Shown: positions 1 through 10,217, counted from the first letter of the stretch. The stretch: DNA of 64,000 bases from Lewinellaceae bacterium (GCA_963710215.1 CAVPZP010000045.1:25256-89255); one strand, 5' to 3'. Numbers and translations: made by a program. The notes: a model not told the origin generated them from the sequence alone.

Positions 1-756
1 GACGCCGTCACCCGCATCGAGATGGACTACCAGCCCAATAATAAGGCAGTACCCAAATTGGTGCAAGACCTGGCCACTGAGGGCATAAAAGTGGAGGTCT
101 ACGACCGCAACAACGAACTCATCAACGCCTACTACATCGGCGGACCCACCATGGACGAGCGCGGTACCTACGGCATCCGGGAAGGGTACGACCAGCCCTA
201 CGTCATCAATATCCCCGGGTGGACGGGCAACGTCCGCTACCGGTTCAACCTGACGGGCGACGACTGGCGGCAGAAAAAATTTACCGACCGCGACATTAGC
301 GAGATTACCGCTTTCAGCCTGGATTACCCCAAACAGCGCGATAAGAGTTTCCGCGCCGAACGCCGGTCGGACGGCCGGTGGCTGGTGCAACCGTTCTACG
401 AAAGTACCGCCCAAACCGCTCGCACCGTGGCGGCCGGTGAGGCGGAAGGCTACCTCGCCCCCCTGGAAAAGCTGTACATCAATCGCTACCTAAACGACCG
501 GACCGAACTGCTGGAAGAGGACCGCGAACTGATTCCCTTTGCTATCCTGAATTTTAAGTGGAAAGACGGCCGTAATGATGAATTGAAGTTCTATCCCCGC
601 CTCCAGAATATCTTTATGCAGGATCGAAAATCCGGCAAACAGGAAATTGTCGGTAATAAAGACGGCTACGGTGCCTTCATCAACGATGGGCAGGATTACG
701 TCCTATTCGGGGAGACCATGATTGAGCCGTTCTTCGTATCGATCGACCGGTTTTAG
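1..756 (+). CDS. DUF4340-like periplasmic protein (5' end outside window)
   Basis: Frame is open from base 1; 'YYIGGPTMDERGTY...QPYVINIPGWTGNVRYRF...DDWR' resembles Bacteroidota DUF4340 proteins. Confidence 0.6.
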   Translation, partial: DAVTRIEMDYQPNNKAVPKLVQDLATEGIKVEVYDRNNELINAYYIGGPTMDERGTYGIREGYDQPYVINIPGWTGNVRYRFNLTGDDWRQKKFTDRDISEITAFSLDYPKQRDKSFRAERRSDGRWLVQPFYESTAQTARTVAAGEAEGYLAPLEKLYINRYLNDRTELLEEDRELIPFAILNFKWKDGRNDELKFYPRLQNIFMQDRKSGKQEIVGNKDGYGAFINDGQDYVLFGETMIEPFFVSIDRF

Positions 757-769
757 GGAAAGATCACCG

Positions 770-2245
770 TTATTCGGGAAGGGAGGAATCCATTACCTCG
801 CCCAGCAGCCAGATACCCAACGCCTTATCTGCGAACTTTCCCTCGCCTTCCGTGCATCCCTCCGTAAGCAGATAACGGGGGCGGGGCCAGTTGAAGGGCG
901 GGGCGCACCAGTTCAGTGGCCGCCAACCGCCGGTCGGGATGTCGACATTGGTCTGCTCAGCGGGGAAATGAGTAATCATCAGCAAAGTGGCCGGACCGAG
1001 GGAAGCCCGCAGGTTACGCAAGGCCCGTGCAATGTCGGAGAAAGAAAAATGGACCAGCGCATCCCGGCAGAACACCAGATCGGCGGCGGGCAGTGTGTCG
1101 GTCAGCAGATCGATTTGCTGGAACCGGACGCCGGGAGCGGCAAACTTCCGGCGGTTTTCGGCTACAATTTCGGCAACGACATCTCCGCCCAGATAGTCGA
1201 TACCGTTCAGGTCTACGCGGCTCATCCAATTAAAATCCCCGCAAGGGAGATCGAGCAGGGAGATGACGCCGAAATCCCGCCATACTTCAGGTAGCAGTTC
1301 TACCAGTCGTACGGTCTGGGAGTGAGCGGAACCGGGGCCGCTCCTGCTTTCCGCATCGGTCCAGTAATTGCGTTCGGAAATGGAGGTAAAGACTTCTTCC
1401 CCCACTCGCTTTGCAGGCGGGGCGGCATGAGCGGGTAACAGCCGGCGGGCGGGCGGCACCGGCTCACCGGGGCGGGCGCGGCGGCAGATGAACGCCACCC
1501 CCCTTCCGGCGGCACCACCCCCGGCGGCGCGGTGGCTGAAAAAGCGGTCGCTGTTACTCAGGGTTCCATTAGTACTTTCCTCGACCCGGTCGGGGGGCAG
1601 GCCGGCACCCAACAGGTAAGCGCGGTTGGCGGCACGCAGGTCGATAAAAAACTTACCGGCGCGCTCGTCCCACCGCTTATATTCCGGTGCGAACCGGTCG
1701 GCCACATCGGCATCGGATTCAAATTCGGTAGCGTCGATACAGGCACCGATCCAGGCATAGCAGTCGGCCGGGTCAGTTCCGTAGTCGGTGACCATCCGGG
1801 CCAATGTTTCGCGCAGCGTCCCCTTCACCGTTCCCGGCCAGCCCGCGTGGACGGCCGCCGTGGCACCGCTTACCGGGTCGTAGATCAGGATGGGGCAGCA
1901 ATCGGCTACGGTAGCCGTGAGGAGGATTTCCGGCCGGTCGGTGATAAATCCATCGTAGCCCGCTACGTAACCCGGACCGCTGAAGGCGTACACTTCCTTT
2001 CCGTGTACCTGGTGCCCGGACGCATAGCGGTCCGGGGGCAGGCCGAGGGCGGCGGCCAGGCGGCGGCGGTTTTCGCTTACCGCGGCGGGGTCGTCGTCGG
2101 TATGCAGGCTAAGGTTAAGGGAATCGAAGGGCGGCCGGCTAACGCCGCCCGCCCGGGTGGTCTGACCGATGAGGAGTTCGGGGAAGCGGGCCGCCCAGGC
2201 GGGTTGCTCAAAAATAATACCGGTAGCGGGTGCCGTTTCCTCCAT
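770..2245 (-). CDS. pgeF: PgeF/YfiH (laccase-domain purine nucleoside phosphorylase) fused to a class I SAM-dependent methyltransferase domain
   Basis: N-half has SLNL, HQVHG, ADCCPILIYD, HAGW and FFSHR motifs; C-half has ESRSGPGS, LDLPCGDFNWM, YLGGDVV and CRDALVH. Confidence 0.85.
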   Translation of the reverse strand: MEETAPATGIIFEQPAWAARFPELLIGQTTRAGGVSRPPFDSLNLSLHTDDDPAAVSENRRRLAAALGLPPDRYASGHQVHGKEVYAFSGPGYVAGYDGFITDRPEILLTATVADCCPILIYDPVSGATAAVHAGWPGTVKGTLRETLARMVTDYGTDPADCYAWIGACIDATEFESDADVADRFAPEYKRWDERAGKFFIDLRAANRAYLLGAGLPPDRVEESTNGTLSNSDRFFSHRAAGGGAAGRGVAFICRRARPGEPVPPARRLLPAHAAPPAKRVGEEVFTSISERNYWTDAESRSGPGSAHSQTVRLVELLPEVWRDFGVISLLDLPCGDFNWMSRVDLNGIDYLGGDVVAEIVAENRRKFAAPGVRFQQIDLLTDTLPAADLVFCRDALVHFSFSDIARALRNLRASLGPATLLMITHFPAEQTNVDIPTGGWRPLNWCAPPFNWPRPRYLLTEGCTEGEGKFADKALGIWLLGEVMDSSLPE

Positions 2246-2252
2246 GACCGGG

Positions 2253-2675
2253 CTATTGGTAGGCCGCCCGCACCAAATCCATGACGGTGATGATACCGAC
2301 GAGTTTTCCAGAATCGCCCGGCTCGACCACGCAGAGGCTATGAAAACTGTTGTCGAGGAAGATGGCGGCCGCTTCTTTCAGATCGGTGGTGGGCATGACG
2401 GTCTTGACGTTCTCGGTCATCACGTCGCTCAGTAGGAAGCTATCGCCGATCCTGGCGTTGTACTTCCGGCTTTCCTCCGTGTCGAATTTAGTGAACTGAT
2501 GCTGCAAGCTGCGCAGGTCCGCCGCACTGAAAACACCCACCACGCGGCCTTCCTCATCGCAAACGGGAAGGTGTTTGATGCCGTGTTCTTCAAACAGTTC
2601 CGCTGCCCGGGATACCAGGGTATCGGGGCCGGCAGTGATGGTTTGGCGGTGGAGGTAATCGGTTACTTGGGGCAT
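2253..2675 (-). CDS. CBS domain pair protein
   Basis: IKHLPVCDEEGRVVGVFS and FHSLCVV...LVGIITVMDL; ATG at 2675 preferred. Confidence 0.85.
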   Translation of the reverse strand: MPQVTDYLHRQTITAGPDTLVSRAAELFEEHGIKHLPVCDEEGRVVGVFSAADLRSLQHQFTKFDTEESRKYNARIGDSFLLSDVMTENVKTVMPTTDLKEAAAIFLDNSFHSLCVVEPGDSGKLVGIITVMDLVRAAYQ

Positions 2676-2760
2676 TTCTGGTAGTAGTAATTGTAGAGAG
2701 TATAGGGTAGTAATGGTAGCGGCTGACAACAATCGTCTCCCGTCTGAACGGCAGGAGTTT

Positions 2761-2854
2761 GCGTGAAGTGCCTGGAAGGTTTAGTGCGTAGCACCGACCG
2801 AACAGGGAGCCTGAAAGGGACAGACGCCCCGCAATTCTGCGGGGGGGCACGCCC
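2761..2854 (-). repeat. Flavo-1-like structured repeat, copy 1
   Basis: Reverse complement reads GGGCGTGCCC-hairpin...GTGC-TAC-GCAC...GGCACTTCACGC. Confidence 0.75.
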
Positions 2855-2882
2855 AAAGTCAACACAAGGCGGAAAAACCTCC

Positions 2883-3689
2883 CTACTCCGGCAAAACCAG
2901 CAGCGGCACCCGGCTATCGAACAGTTCGCGCGAGACGGTGCTGCGGTTGAACAGATCGGCGAAAAAGTTACGCTCGCGGCGGATCATGCACAGCAATTGG
3001 GCATTGTGGGTGGTGAGGAAATTGTCGATTCCTTCCTTGACGTTTCCCGTATCGAAGTTGGCGTGCAGGCTGTGGTTGGTGTCTTTCAAGGCGCCGCGCA
3101 AAGTAGCGTGGATACCGTGATCGTCTTTGTCGCCGCCCTGGTGGTAGACCAGTATTTCGGCATTGTACGCCCGGGCGATAGTGGTAAGGGCACCCATTTT
3201 GACGGGATCTACCGGCTTGTCGTCGGCGGCCAGAACGATGCGGTCGATTTGCGTAACCGCCACGTCGGAGGGCACGGCCAGCACGGGCGTTTTGGTTTGC
3301 TTGATCAGCCCGTTTGCCACGCTGCCGGTAAAGGCCTCCTTCAGATCGGACGACCCCCGGTTGCCCATCACAATGAGCTGATAGCCGTCGTGCTCGGCCA
3401 CCCGGTTCACCACCGGAACGGGGTCTCCCTCGACCACCCGGCTGGTGACGTTGACCTTTCCGGCCAATTTGGTCGTTAGCCGCGCGGCTGCTCCGGCAAT
3501 CGTTTCGTCGGCCTCCTCCTTCATGTGCTCTTTGATGTTGACCAGACTACCGGCAGCGGCGGAGTAAGGCATACTGAGCGTGGAAATAAGCATGATCTCC
3601 TCGGCACCCAATCGTTGCGCTATTTCAGCGGCATAATCTACGGCGGCATCGGCATTATCGGAATAGTCGGTCGGGACGAGGATCTTCAT
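2883..3689 (-). CDS. Universal stress protein (tandem Usp domains)
   Basis: MKILVPTDYS start; LIVMGNRG...GSVA...TPVLAVP; second domain ends VPLLVLP. Confidence 0.92.
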   Translation of the reverse strand: MKILVPTDYSDNADAAVDYAAEIAQRLGAEEIMLISTLSMPYSAAAGSLVNIKEHMKEEADETIAGAAARLTTKLAGKVNVTSRVVEGDPVPVVNRVAEHDGYQLIVMGNRGSSDLKEAFTGSVANGLIKQTKTPVLAVPSDVAVTQIDRIVLAADDKPVDPVKMGALTTIARAYNAEILVYHQGGDKDDHGIHATLRGALKDTNHSLHANFDTGNVKEGIDNFLTTHNAQLLCMIRRERNFFADLFNRSTVSRELFDSRVPLLVLPE

Positions 3690-3878
3690 GGTGGTGGTTT
3701 TAGAATATAATTCCCGCTAGGGGCATTTGTTCGGCCGAATGGATCGGGTGACTTAACTTTGGAGGTAGTTTGAAATAGACGTTCCCGCGATGATTACTAC
3801 CGGAACCCAACCGCCTGACGAACATCGCGCAACCTTAGCTACTTCTCCATCGTAATGGGACTACTCAATCTGGATTAC

Positions 3879-4931
3879 ATGAAATTTCTTATCCCGCTTT
3901 GCTACGCGGCCTGCTTAACGCTTCTCCTCCCAACTACCGGCGAGGCGCAAATAACCATCGGCCAACCGGAGGAAGGTAACCTGAGCAATAGCGATAACTC
4001 GTTTATTTTCGGTGCACCGGGGGTTCGTAACCGTAGCCGAAGCAAAGGGGTAGAAGTGCGCTACGAACGCGAGGGAGGTTTTGATTGGGCCGGCCGACAG
4101 GGCGTCTTCGGCGAATCATCACGCCGCGTAGAACTACTCGAACAGTTTACGTTCAAATTCAAGGTGCCGCTCGTCAATCAACCCGACGTGAAGGTGCTGC
4201 TGGGTTACGAGTGGGAATCAGAAAAATATTACTTTGAAGACCGGGAGGACAACCCCAACGACATCTGGGCCTACCTGGACGAACGCCGGCTAAAGAATAA
4301 TAAGCTGTCCGCCTACTTCACCAAAAGCTGGGACGACCGCTACTATACCACGGCGCGGTTACGGATGTCTTCCAACGGAGATTACAAGGGCCTGTGGGAT
4401 TTTGACCATCAGTTTCGGACTTACAGCGCGGCTTTTGCCTTCGGTAAAAAAATATCCGACAACAAAGAGTGGGCCGCGGGCTTCACCCTTTCCAGCAACC
4501 AGGCCCGCTTCGTGGCCGTACCGTTCTTTGTCTACAACATCACCTGGAACGATAACTGGGGCCTGGAAACCGCTCTGCCCGGCCAGTTTTATTTGCGCCG
4601 CAACACCGGCGCCGACCAACAAAACGCCTTCTTGCTGGGGGCCACCTTCGATTCCAAATTTTATGCCTTACACACCGGCCCGGACACCGGCGAATTCGAG
4701 GACCTCGGTTCCTTCTACCTGCGCTATTCCGGCATCCGCGCCACGCTGCACTACGAACACCGCATCGTGCCCTGGGTCTATGCCTACGGCCAGGCGGGCT
4801 ACTACATCCCCATCAATGCCCGTTTCAACCCGTTCGAGAACGTCGATCAGGACCTGTTTACCGATGTACAGGGCCGTCCCATACTACGGTTCGGCATCTT
4901 CCTCTCCCCGCCCAAAGAGCTGATTAAATAG
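3879..4931 (+). CDS. Outer-membrane beta-barrel protein (DUF6268-like)
   Basis: Signal peptide ending EAQ; aromatic amphipathic strands; alternative start at 3855. Confidence 0.6.
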   Translation: MKFLIPLCYAACLTLLLPTTGEAQITIGQPEEGNLSNSDNSFIFGAPGVRNRSRSKGVEVRYEREGGFDWAGRQGVFGESSRRVELLEQFTFKFKVPLVNQPDVKVLLGYEWESEKYYFEDREDNPNDIWAYLDERRLKNNKLSAYFTKSWDDRYYTTARLRMSSNGDYKGLWDFDHQFRTYSAAFAFGKKISDNKEWAAGFTLSSNQARFVAVPFFVYNITWNDNWGLETALPGQFYLRRNTGADQQNAFLLGATFDSKFYALHTGPDTGEFEDLGSFYLRYSGIRATLHYEHRIVPWVYAYGQAGYYIPINARFNPFENVDQDLFTDVQGRPILRFGIFLSPPKELIK

Positions 4932-5008
4932 TACACCCTCGTGCCGCATTAGACCGGATTCTGACAACCCTCTTTGCCCCCCGCCGTTAGATTAAAAACT
5001 AATAGGGC

Positions 5009-6508
5009 ATGAGCACACAGAACGCAATTCTCTGGTTTAGGCAAGACCTCCGGCTGCATGATAATGAGTCGCTACTGGATGCCATTAAATCTGCCCGGGC
5101 CGTGATACCGGTCTATATTTTCGACCCCCGCGTTTTCGGCGGCACCACGCCCCGCTACGGCTTTCCGAAAACGGGCGGCTACCGCGCCAAGTTTATTCTG
5201 GAGAGCATTGCCGATCTGCGCAACAGCCTGCGCCAGCGGGGCAACGATCTGGTCATCCGGGTAGGTAAACCGGAGGAAATCCTGCCCCGGCTCAGCCAGG
5301 AGTTTCGCGCCGGTTGGGTGTTCTGTAACCGCGAGCGCACGCACGAGGAAAAACAGGTACAGGATACGCTGGAGCAAGAACTGTGGTCCATCGGCCGCGA
5401 GATGCGCTACAACCGGGGCAAGATGCTCTATTACACGGCCGACCTGCCCTTCCCCATCTCCCAAACGCCCGATGTGTTTACCAATTTCCGCAAGGAAACC
5501 GAGCGGATCGTACCCGTGCGCTGCCCGCTGGAAACACCCCGCAACGTGCCGCGCCCCATCGATCTGGAGATCGACTACGGAACCATCCCCACACTTGCCG
5601 AGCTAGGTATTGCCGAGCTGGTGCAGGACGAGCGCGCCGCCATTCACCACCGGGGCGGTGAGACCGCCGGTCTGGCCCGCCTGAAGCATTATCTCTGGGA
5701 CACCGACCACGCCAAAACCTACAAAGAAACCCGCAATGGGCTAATCGGAGCGGACTATTCCACCAAGTTTTCCGCCTGGCTGGCGCAGGGTTGCCTGTCA
5801 CCCAAAATGATCTACCAGGAGGTAAAGCGCTACGAAGAAGAGCGCGGCAGCAACGACAGTACTTATTGGATCATCTTCGAGTTGCTGTGGCGGGACTTTT
5901 TCCGTTTCATGATCAAAAAGCACGGCAACACCGTTTTCCGTAAGGGCGGCCCCAAGGGTGAGGTAGACGAAAGCTGGACCGACGATACCGAACTGACCGA
6001 ACGCTGGATTGCCGGCGAAACGGGCACCCCTTTCATCGACGCCAATATGCGCGAGATCGGCACCACGGGCTTTATGTCCAATCGCGGGCGGCAGAACGTC
6101 GCCAGCTTCCTGGTTAAAGACCTGCACGTTAATTGGCAAATCGGTGCCGAATACTTCGAGAGCATCCTGATCGACTATGACGTGGCCAGCAACTGGTGTA
6201 ATTGGAACTACGTGGCCGGCGTGGGCAGCGACCCGCGCGAAAACCGCTACTTCAACATCCTCAGCCAGGCCGAGCGCTATGACCCCACTGGCGAATACGT
6301 CCGCCTCTGGTGCCCTGAACTGGCCGCTTTGCCCAACGATTACCTTCATAAACCCGATCAACTCAACCCCGGCCAACTGCGCGATTACGGTGTCTCGCTG
6401 GGCGGCAGTTATCCCCACCCCATCGTGTCCAGCAGCAAGTGGAGCGGCGGCGGCAGCAAGGGCAAGGGTAGCCATAAAGGTAGCCGCAAGACGAGCCGCA
6501 CGCGCTAG
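5009..6508 (+). CDS. DASH-family cryptochrome/photolyase
   Basis: WFRQDLRLHDN, YKETRNGL...YSTKFSAWLAQGCLSP, ELLWRDFF, GFMSNRGRQNVASFL, GVGSDPRENRYFN. Confidence 0.93.
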   Translation: MSTQNAILWFRQDLRLHDNESLLDAIKSARAVIPVYIFDPRVFGGTTPRYGFPKTGGYRAKFILESIADLRNSLRQRGNDLVIRVGKPEEILPRLSQEFRAGWVFCNRERTHEEKQVQDTLEQELWSIGREMRYNRGKMLYYTADLPFPISQTPDVFTNFRKETERIVPVRCPLETPRNVPRPIDLEIDYGTIPTLAELGIAELVQDERAAIHHRGGETAGLARLKHYLWDTDHAKTYKETRNGLIGADYSTKFSAWLAQGCLSPKMIYQEVKRYEEERGSNDSTYWIIFELLWRDFFRFMIKKHGNTVFRKGGPKGEVDESWTDDTELTERWIAGETGTPFIDANMREIGTTGFMSNRGRQNVASFLVKDLHVNWQIGAEYFESILIDYDVASNWCNWNYVAGVGSDPRENRYFNILSQAERYDPTGEYVRLWCPELAALPNDYLHKPDQLNPGQLRDYGVSLGGSYPHPIVSSSKWSGGGSKGKGSHKGSRKTSRTR

Positions 6509-6536
6509 CTGGAACAGTTTTTCCTGCTCGTTTTTC

Positions 6537-6643
6537 GGGCGTGCCCCCGGCCGATGGCCGGGGTCGGCGTCTTTCGGGCTTCGCTGTTCGCTCGGTGCTG
6601 CGCACCACCGGCCTACGGCCGCCGCCCTCCAGGTGCCTCACGC
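6537..6643 (+). repeat. Flavo-1-like structured repeat, copy 2
   Basis: GGGCGTGCCCCCGGCC-GAT-GGCCGGGG...GTGC-TGC-GCAC...AGGTGCCTCACGC. Confidence 0.8.
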
Positions 6644-6953
6644 AATTCCTCCCCGGCGGGGAGGAGCAAGGAACGAGGGAGTGAGGGACGGAAGGAAGGA
6701 AGGAAGGGCATCGATGGAGTGACGCAACGTGTTGCGTCCAGGCGACCGTCAATCGCCGCAAGGGCTAGAGTGAAAGCGTACAAAGATTATTCCCTTCGTT
6801 CCTGAAATTTATCCCAAAGAACAATCGTACAGATGGGGCTTGCCCCTACCGGGGAGCGCAGTACCTCCAGCAGCGTTTTAAGAGCTGCCTCCACCCTTAC
6901 CGCTACTATTCCTTACCTTTAGGCTTCTGTCCCTTTTTCTTATCATACATCCC

Positions 6954-8825
6954 ATGCAACACAAAACTACCTACACTGCCCTGGTGGGCCTCTTACTGTT
7001 GTGCGTTCCCGCCCTGCGGGCGCAGGCTATTTACCAGTTGCCGCAACCGGCCGTCCAGAAATTACTGGCTGAAGACGGGCAATCGCTCGCCTCCCGTTTC
7101 GCCGCCCCCCTCCCCCTTGCACTCGACCCCACCGAAGTGGGTGAGTGGACGACCGATGCCGGCGGCGAATCCGTTTGGCGGCTCACCTTCCAACTCGACG
7201 GCACCCTGGGCCTGGCGGCCTTCCTGTCCGCCACCGCTTTTCCGGCAACCGGCACCCTGACCTGGACGAACGAGAACGGCAGCTACGGTCCCTTTACCGC
7301 CGCCGATTTTAGCGAGCAGGGGCGGCTCTTCAGCGGTTTTCTACCCGGTCAAGCGGCTACGCTGGAATACCGGGGGCCGGGAGAAAGTACGTCGCCCTTC
7401 CAGATTTGGCGGGTGGATCACGCTTACCGGTCCGACCGCTACCGGCCGCGGGGAAAGAAAAGTCCGGGACTGGAGAAAGACTTCGGCACCTCCAATACTT
7501 GTCAGATCGACGCCAACTGCCCATTGGGTGATGGCTGGGAAAATGAGAAAGACGCCACCGCCCGCCTCATCGTAATAGTGGAGGAAGGCAGCGGCTACTG
7601 CACCGGCAACCTGATCAATAATACCGGCCGCACGGGTAGGCCCCTGGTACTAACCGCCTTCCACTGCCAGGATACCTACACCCCCATCTACGACCTGTGG
7701 CGCTTCGATTTCGGTTTTATCCTGCCCACCTGTAACTCCACCACCAACCAGGCCCCGCCCTTTACCGCCTACGCCGGTGGACGCTTGCTGGCCGGGCGGC
7801 GGGAAAGCGATTTTTTACTTCTGGAGATCACCGATATCGACTTCAACGAAGAAGACCACTACTTCGCCGGCTGGGATGCTACCGACGGTTTTATCTCGGG
7901 CGGGATGCATATGCTCCACCACCCCATCGGCGATGCAATGATGGTCTCGAATAGTACGGTCAACAGTATTCCCGTATTTTTCAACGTCATCAACTGGAAC
8001 AACGACGTAGTCACCCCGGCGGCGCACCACTACCGCGTGGATTTTACGGAAGGCACCTTTGAGGTTGGTTCCTCGGGCGGGGCCATCTATGATGATCCCA
8101 ACCACCGCATTCACGGCCAACTCAACGGCGGTATCGACAATTGCCCCGGCAATACGCTGGCCTACTACGGCCGCCTGTTTAACAGCTGGACCGGCGGCGG
8201 CACCCCCGCCACCCGCCTGCGGGATTGGCTGGACCCCCTCAGTCTGGATACCCTGGTCTGGGACGGCGAGGAACTGGCGGGCAATGTAAATGGTGCCACC
8301 GTGCGCGGCTACGTGAAACTGAATAACGTGGGCGTGGCCGGTGCCAAAATGATCGTCCAGTCCACTAACGGGTTGCTGGATAGTGCCATCACCGGTCCGG
8401 ACGGTTTCTACAGCATCCCCCGCCCGGTGGGGATCACTAATTTTTCGGTACGCGGCAGTTTCACCGGCAACCCCAATACGCTGGCCGGAGTATCCACGCT
8501 GGACATCGTGCGCATCCGCCGCCACATCCTCGGCCTGGATACGATGTCTCTCCCCGCCCAACTGGCCGCCGACGTGAATGCCACCGGCAGTGTCACCACC
8601 CTGGATATCGTAGGCGTCACCCGCCAGATCCTCGGTCTGGACATGAGCGGTTGGCCCAGCCGCCCCACCTGGGTCATGGTGCCCGAACAGCTGCTGAGCG
8701 ACCCGCCCCCCACCCTCATTAACGGCCCCTATCCCCTCAACCTGACCGAGCCGAATGCCATGTTTCTGACCATCAACTGGACGGTGGTGAAAACGGGGGA
8801 TGCGAATTTATCGGCGAGTCAGTAA
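6954..8825 (+). CDS. Secreted trypsin-fold lysyl-endopeptidase-like protease with C-terminal dockerin-type domain
   Basis: Signal peptide; CTGNLINN, LTAFHC (His), SDFLLL (Asp), GSSGG (Ser); GVSTLDIVRIRRHILG...AADVNATGSVTTLDI dockerin-like repeat. Confidence 0.8.
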   Translation: MQHKTTYTALVGLLLLCVPALRAQAIYQLPQPAVQKLLAEDGQSLASRFAAPLPLALDPTEVGEWTTDAGGESVWRLTFQLDGTLGLAAFLSATAFPATGTLTWTNENGSYGPFTAADFSEQGRLFSGFLPGQAATLEYRGPGESTSPFQIWRVDHAYRSDRYRPRGKKSPGLEKDFGTSNTCQIDANCPLGDGWENEKDATARLIVIVEEGSGYCTGNLINNTGRTGRPLVLTAFHCQDTYTPIYDLWRFDFGFILPTCNSTTNQAPPFTAYAGGRLLAGRRESDFLLLEITDIDFNEEDHYFAGWDATDGFISGGMHMLHHPIGDAMMVSNSTVNSIPVFFNVINWNNDVVTPAAHHYRVDFTEGTFEVGSSGGAIYDDPNHRIHGQLNGGIDNCPGNTLAYYGRLFNSWTGGGTPATRLRDWLDPLSLDTLVWDGEELAGNVNGATVRGYVKLNNVGVAGAKMIVQSTNGLLDSAITGPDGFYSIPRPVGITNFSVRGSFTGNPNTLAGVSTLDIVRIRRHILGLDTMSLPAQLAADVNATGSVTTLDIVGVTRQILGLDMSGWPSRPTWVMVPEQLLSDPPPTLINGPYPLNLTEPNAMFLTINWTVVKTGDANLSASQ

Positions 8826-8851
8826 TTGGGGGCTGCGCACCCCATACTATA

Positions 8852-8931
8852 GTAGGCGGCGTTGCCGCTGGTATTTTACCTGCGGTGATCGTCGCAAACT
8901 CATCGGAGTTGTTACTGTGGTACAAGCCTAT
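8852..8931 (+). repeat. Multi-hairpin repeat family 2 (TTACCTGCGGTGATCGTCGCA core)
   Basis: Also at 16481-16561, 29447-29481 (partial), 29483-29563 and 29595-29677. Confidence 0.75.
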
Positions 8932-9102
8932 GCGTACGCATTCCCCACCCGGACCTACGGTCCGACCTCCCCGAGGGGGAGGTTAGTGTAGCGTGGTGCG
9001 AGACCTCCGGTCTCGCGGTTTTGGCTCGCGCTACCTCCGGTCGCGGGGGGGGGAGCAGCCCGGTAGGAGAAGTAGCAGAATAGGTGGGGGTGTTATCCTC
9101 GT

Positions 9103-9306
9103 TTACGAACGCGCCACCCGGCCCCGCCGGGCCGTAAATTCGCAAGTGTAGTAGTTGGGGTAGGTGAGACTGTCGATGGCCGGCATAAGGAGCGGGGCTT
9201 TGCACGGGTGAATTGAGCGTGGGGGGTGGGCACAAGAATTCGATAGGAGAATTAGCAGGCAGGCGGCCGGTAGGCACTTTAGCAGTATGGTGGAGTACCG
9301 ATTCAT
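9103..9306 (-). CDS. Possible small lipoprotein or gene remnant
   Basis: MNRYSTILLKCLPAACLLILLSNSC resembles a signal peptide with lipobox; only 67 aa, no recognised domain. Confidence 0.3.
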   Translation of the reverse strand: MNRYSTILLKCLPAACLLILLSNSCAHPPRSIHPCKAPLLMPAIDSLTYPNYYTCEFTARRGRVARS

Positions 9307-9473
9307 TCCTTTAATACGCTTGATGGTAGAAGAATAGGTGTCCGTTTAACGCGGTATAATTGCCGGGCGGATTTTTCGGCCCGGTAAAAATTTTCCCGGC
9401 CGTGTGGTAGGGGCGGTTGCTTGCTGCGGGTAGGAGTGCGTCGATTAATAAAATAGGTTCCGTCATTGATTAA

Positions 9474-9648
9474 GAGCGTGTCTAAATTTTTACTTCCTGA
9501 TAACCAAGCATTTAAGAACCTGGCGTCGTAAAAACTGACTTACGTAACCCGCTATGCGCGCAAGTTTTTATCTAGCCGGAACCTTAACCACGAAGTAGCC
9601 GCGAAGCGAATCATTGATCCTCAGTTCTTAAAAATTTTAGACACGCTC
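9474..9648. mobile_element. MITE, 175 bp, TIR GAGCGTGTCTAAA, TAA target duplication
   Basis: taa|GAGCGTGTCTAAA...TTTAGACACGCTC|taa; near-identical inverted copy at 54654-54803. Confidence 0.88.
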
Positions 9649-9729
9649 TAAGCGGATTTAGTAAGGGTTTGAGATGTTGTTATTATTTGAGGAAGGTAAG
9701 GCGAAGATTTGGGTGGGATTGATGATGCC

Positions 9730-9822
9730 GCCGATCGGAGGTCGGGGGCCAAACTCGCGCGACCGGAGGTCACGCACCAATCGTGTGACCGGGGGTCACG
9801 CACCGATCGTGCGACCGGAGAA
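9730..9822 (+). repeat. Cluster of GACCGGAGGTC REP-like palindromes
   Basis: About 4 degenerate copies; family also at 8998-9045, 14645-14715 and 45761-45860. Confidence 0.65.
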
Positions 9823-9868
9823 TGCATGGTGATAGATTTTTTCCTTCCTTCTTAATTCCTTTTTCCAT

Positions 9869-9974
9869 GCGTGAGGTGCCTGGACGGTGATCCGCAAAGC
9901 GGGCAGCCCGCAGGGCCAAGGCGATAGCCGCGCCGGGATGGGACCGACCGGCCCTTTGAGGGACGGACACGCCC
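9869..9974 (-). repeat. Flavo-1-like structured repeat, copy 3
   Basis: GCGTGAGGTGCC...GCCC-GCA-GGGC...GGACACGCCC on + strand. Confidence 0.8.
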
Positions 9975-10217
9975 AAAATTTGCCCTGGCGAAATACAGGA
10001 TTTTATTCTCGGCGTAGAGGAGCCATGACTACCAAAAACAATTTTTTGCCCCGGACGGGGGTGATAGTAATATCGAGCGTGGGGAGAGTAGCCGACTATT
10101 GATGCGGCGTTGTCTTGTATTTGTGCGCAAGCGGGTGAATGAGGGGTATGATCCTGCGCGATCTGGGGATCGCGACCCTTAAATCCTGCGCGGTATAAAA
10201 ATCACCTGACCCTTAGC

